In this document: positions 60,366 to 64,000 of the stretch, in pieces | Position numbering within the stretch: position 1 is the first letter of the stretch | Layout of the letters: every line of letters begins with the position of its first letter | Assembly (NCBI GenBank): GCA_000934665.2 | Contig: KZ538465.1 | Span: forward strand, 1 to 64,000 | DNA length: 64,000 nt | From: Catajapyx aquilonaris | Taxonomy: Eukaryota | Reading direction: 5' to 3' | The notes under the pieces: generated by a model | The model's database searches: none | The model's input: only the letters and a program-made list of their open reading frames with translations | Told to the model about the DNA's origin: nothing | Position numbers and translations under genes: made by a program

Positions 60366-63300
60366 ATGGACTGGCTGAAGGAGCTTCACTACTACATGTC
60401 GTCGAAGGAAGACGTCCCTCGCATGCAGGGAGAAATGCTTCTGCTGCAGCCGAACGTCATCTTCAGACTTGTCGTCAAGTTCAACTTGCTTCAAGTCTTC
60501 AACGACACAGGTACGCAGCTTCAATTACCATACAATTATTCCATACAATTAATATTATCTGTATCTCTATCTCATCTATAGCTCTATATTTAATTATATA
60601 AAAGCGTGGCTATAAGTTTGTTCGTTTATCCAGGCTGTTTGTTTGTTTATCCAGGTTGTGTTTGTTTGTTTGTTTATCCCGATTGTGTTTGTCTGTTTCT
60701 TTATTCAAGTTGCACTTGTTTGTATGTTTGTTTATCCAGGTTGTTATTGTTGCTCTCTTCTTTGTCCAGGCATCAGGCTGTTTGTTTGTTTGTTTATGTG
60801 TCCAGATTGTGTTTGTTTGTTTATCAAGATTGTGTTTGTCTGTTTCTTTATCCAAGTTGCACTTGTTTGTATGTTTGTTTATCCAGGTTGTTTGTTTATC
60901 CAGGTTGTTTGTTTATCCAGGTTGTTTGTTTGCTTGTTTCTTTGTCCTGATTGTTTTCTTTGCTGTCTTGTCCAGGCTGTCTGTTTGTTTATCCAGGTTG
61001 TGTTTGTCTGTTTGTTCATCCAGGTTATGCTTCTCCCAGTTGTTTGTTTGTTTTGTTCAGTTGGGTTGTTTATCCATGTTATGTCGTTTCTCCTGGTTGT
61101 TTGTTTTGTTTATCCAGATTATTTGTTTGCTTGTTTCTTTGTCCCCGATTGTTTTCTTGCTCTTTTGTTTGTCCGTCAGCCTGCTTGTTTCTTTGTTTGT
61201 CCAGGTTTGGTTACCACGCCAACAGGTTTCTATAATTTTCATAATCCTCAGCGGAACCTGCCTGTTTTCCATGGTAGCCCTGTTGCTATGGACAAACAAA
61301 CAAACTTTCCCTTATATATACCTGAGTGTATGCGTAAGAAAATAATTTGATGAAAATTGATGGACTTCTTCTATACCTATTTGAATGTGTTGCAGTGCAT
61401 TTGGGTTGGAAGTTGATAACCATACCCAAGTATGTGGAGGCCGCCATCAGAGAGTGGGTAGTGGACGTGTCCAAGGGAGCCTTGGAAGCGGCCAGGGTCC
61501 AGGTTGCGCTGAGGATATCGCACCATCCGCACCCAGGAGTGGTGCCGGAGATCCACCGCTTCTCACAGCTCCTGACGTCGCCTTCGGAACCAAAATCCAT
61601 TCTGTTCCAGTGCTCCGGATTGCTGTTGGCCATGTCCAACCCAGTTCTCTACAAGTGAGAATTACATGTCTGAAATGCGGATGGGGATCTAATCGAATGA
61701 ATTTATTGCAGTCAGAGCGAATCGTACCATTGCCCCGATAAAGCTTGCCCTGGACGATCCGAGTGGATATTCGACACTTGTCCGACCGACAAGCCGCAAC
61801 AGCTGCTGTGCGCCACGTGCGGCCAGCTCCTTGAACTAGACTACACCCAGAAGATCCTGGGGACAAAGGTCATGGGCACAGTTGTCCCCGACCACACCCC
61901 CTACAATGCACACATCAGTCGTACTCAGACAATCCAAGTTTCCTTCAAAGGTGCGTTTTCTGGTACGGAAACACTGGTTTTTTACTAATTATGGTCCATC
62001 CGCAGATGACCTCGTTAAAGGACTGACCCTCGGCGGACACTACGACATCCTGGGATATCCCGTGTACATTAACGACAAGACACTAAAGAACCAATGGGTC
62101 ACATGCTTAGAGTGTTGCGGCGTGGTCCATATCAGGACCTACTCGCCGTTTCCAGCCTGCCATCCTCCATTGCCAGATACTCCAGCCGGTGAACTCTACC
62201 ACTGCTTGCGACAGGACCACCACAATAGCCTGTTTCCGCTGGCTTTGGCCTTCTCCGCAGCTCCCATGGTGACACATCCGGCCACATTCATCCAGCTCAA
62301 ACTTGCATTGTTGCTGGGACTCGTAGCGAACAGTGTGCATCCGATATCAATATTGGCCGAAGCATCTGACTCAAACACTGTGCACGACATTATGAGCTGG
62401 GCACTTCAAATTGCCCCTAGGTAAGCGCCATGTAATCGACGACGTTTAATGACGCTCAAAACCATTTGTCACATGTAGGTCAGTTGTACATTCCATCAGC
62501 ATGCCGCTGGTGGTTGGAGCAATGCCGAAGAAGCAGGGTGCGGAGGCTGGCTCAATGTTGCGGGCCGGTAATGGCGTGTGCTACCTTGGCGAAATATCCC
62601 GTCTCCGTAAGGATGCAAGGAATGCGATTTACACGGTACTGGACAATCAGGCGGTTGCGGCGAAGGCCTGCAGTGAGCTGGATCGCATGGGACGAGGAAT
62701 AAGCTCGTACAATATCACATGCGGGCTGTGGGCGTACAGCGAACTTGTGCCCAAGTCCAAGGAACCCATCATGCGGTATGCGAATTGTACAGTAATTCAT
62801 AATGGATTGTAATCACTCGTTTACATTCATCAGGATGTTTGGACTCCACTTCTACATAGACGACTCCAGTAGGATTGGTCAGGAGCTGGACGTAATTAAG
62901 TCGTCGTACTTTCTGGCCTGTGCGACTAATGGCGACAAGAAGAACCTTCCGAGAGGGGCCAACCTGAGCGTCGTAGAATTCCGGCAGCTCATATACGAGA
63001 GTGCGGGCAGGAAGGTCGTGTTCTCGCCCGAAGCCGAGATGATGATCCGCCATTACTACGTGACCACCAGGAAAATCCGGTATGAAAACGGCGGTGCGCT
63101 CAGCAAGAATTTCGTACCGGACTCGGCTTGCGCTGCCATGTGCGTAACCCAGTATGCATCTGGAACGTTACTTTAGCTCAGAATAATGTACCGCAATTTT
63201 TTGTAGAACCGGAATGGCCGTTGCTCATGCGAAGTTGCGGTACAGCAGCGAAGTGACTGAAGATGATGCCGCAATTGCGATCTGGATCTACGAGGATGCT

Positions 63301-63544
63301 AAAACTGCGCTGGCTAATTTCTCGTGCCTCGGATGGGAGTCGCAGCCGCATATGATTGGGATCAACACCATTGAGGACCTAGCCAGCAAGGTCTGGAAGT
63401 TAAATTTGGCTTAAAAATAGCCTAATTTAACCGAGTGTATTCTTGCAGCATGATGTCTTCTTCTCATCGTTGAAAGGCGCAATCAGGAAATTCATGGCCG
63501 AAGATTCAAAGGCAGCCTCCAATGATGGCAGCAGATCCGGCTGA
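60366..63544 (+). CDS. MCMDC2: MCM domain-containing protein 2 (meiotic, ATPase-degenerate MCM; related to mei-217/218), multi-exon
   Basis: MCM N-terminal fold with C4 zinc motif (CPDKAC...CATCG), DDLVKGLTLG, LKLALLLGL, EAGSMLRAGNGVCYLGE, FSPEAEMMIRHYYVTTRKIR, AHAKL...VTEDDA; no intact Walker A. Confidence 0.85.
60595..61322. repeat. (GTTT)n minisatellite bounded by inward-facing Helitron-like heads, in MCMDC2 intron 1
   Basis: Starts tatataaaagcg...agtttgttcgttt; ends gttgctatggacaaacaaacaaactttcccttatatata, the reverse complement of the head type seen at 57208. Confidence 0.7.
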
Positions 63545-64000
63545 ACACATCGTTTTCCTGCGCAAAGATGCAGAGAGTAACGTCTACCAAGCGCATACGT
63601 TGGTACCTGGCTTCAGTTAGGTCGATGTTTGTTCAGTTATGTTCGTTCATGTTTTAATCTAGTCGCTTCAGATGTAATTAGTCATCTGCTACAGTCATGT
63701 CATGGTGCAATTATTTAACTTATTTAACGTGCCGTTGAAGCGCACGTTGCTTCAAAATGTTAACAATGTTTCTCATAGGTGTTGGACCTAGTGTTAATTC
63801 CCGGCATTGTTTGCCCGAGTAGGTGAAGGTTTTTAATGGAAGCATCTTCCATATGTATATAGAGAAGGATTATCGTTATTTTAAGTGTTTTGTTTGAAGC
63901 TAGGTCCATGCTACACCTTGTTGTGCTGAAAGTTTTATCTGTTACGTTTAATTTAATGTACGAGAAGTCACAGGCTCCTTGTAAATACTGCGGGCTAGTT

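Noticed and set aside
58433..61350. Long hydrophobic (CLFV) and TNK-rich ORFs
   Set aside because: Products of (GTTT)n arrays lying in introns

Overview
Eukaryotic genomic DNA. The GT-AG introns, gene set and repeat types point to an arthropod; the species cannot be determined. The left half (1-33 kb) is a compact run of housekeeping genes, mostly in head-to-head pairs: a C18orf32/UPF0729 homolog, a nucleoplasmin-domain FKBP (FKBP39/46 type), COMMD10, a pancreatic-lipase/PLA1-family enzyme, UTP15, GLMP/NCU-G1, AK7, eIF3j and EDC3. Several of their introns hold candidate H/ACA-type RNAs. The right half (34-59 kb) is an accessory-looking cluster of seven C2H2 zinc-finger genes with acidic VKxE-type N-termini. 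Three PIF/Harbinger-related genes sit among them: a Myb/SANT gene, a THAP-DDE gene lacking catalytic residues, and a 4-exon HARBI1-like gene. The cluster also contains an intronless Piwi fragment and an internally deleted Helitron. MCMDC2 closes the window. Long introns are mostly filled by intron-specific minisatellites, MITEs or a SINE. All gene models were built by eye from ORFs and splice signals with no database searches, so exon edges are approximate and the ncRNA calls are hypotheses.
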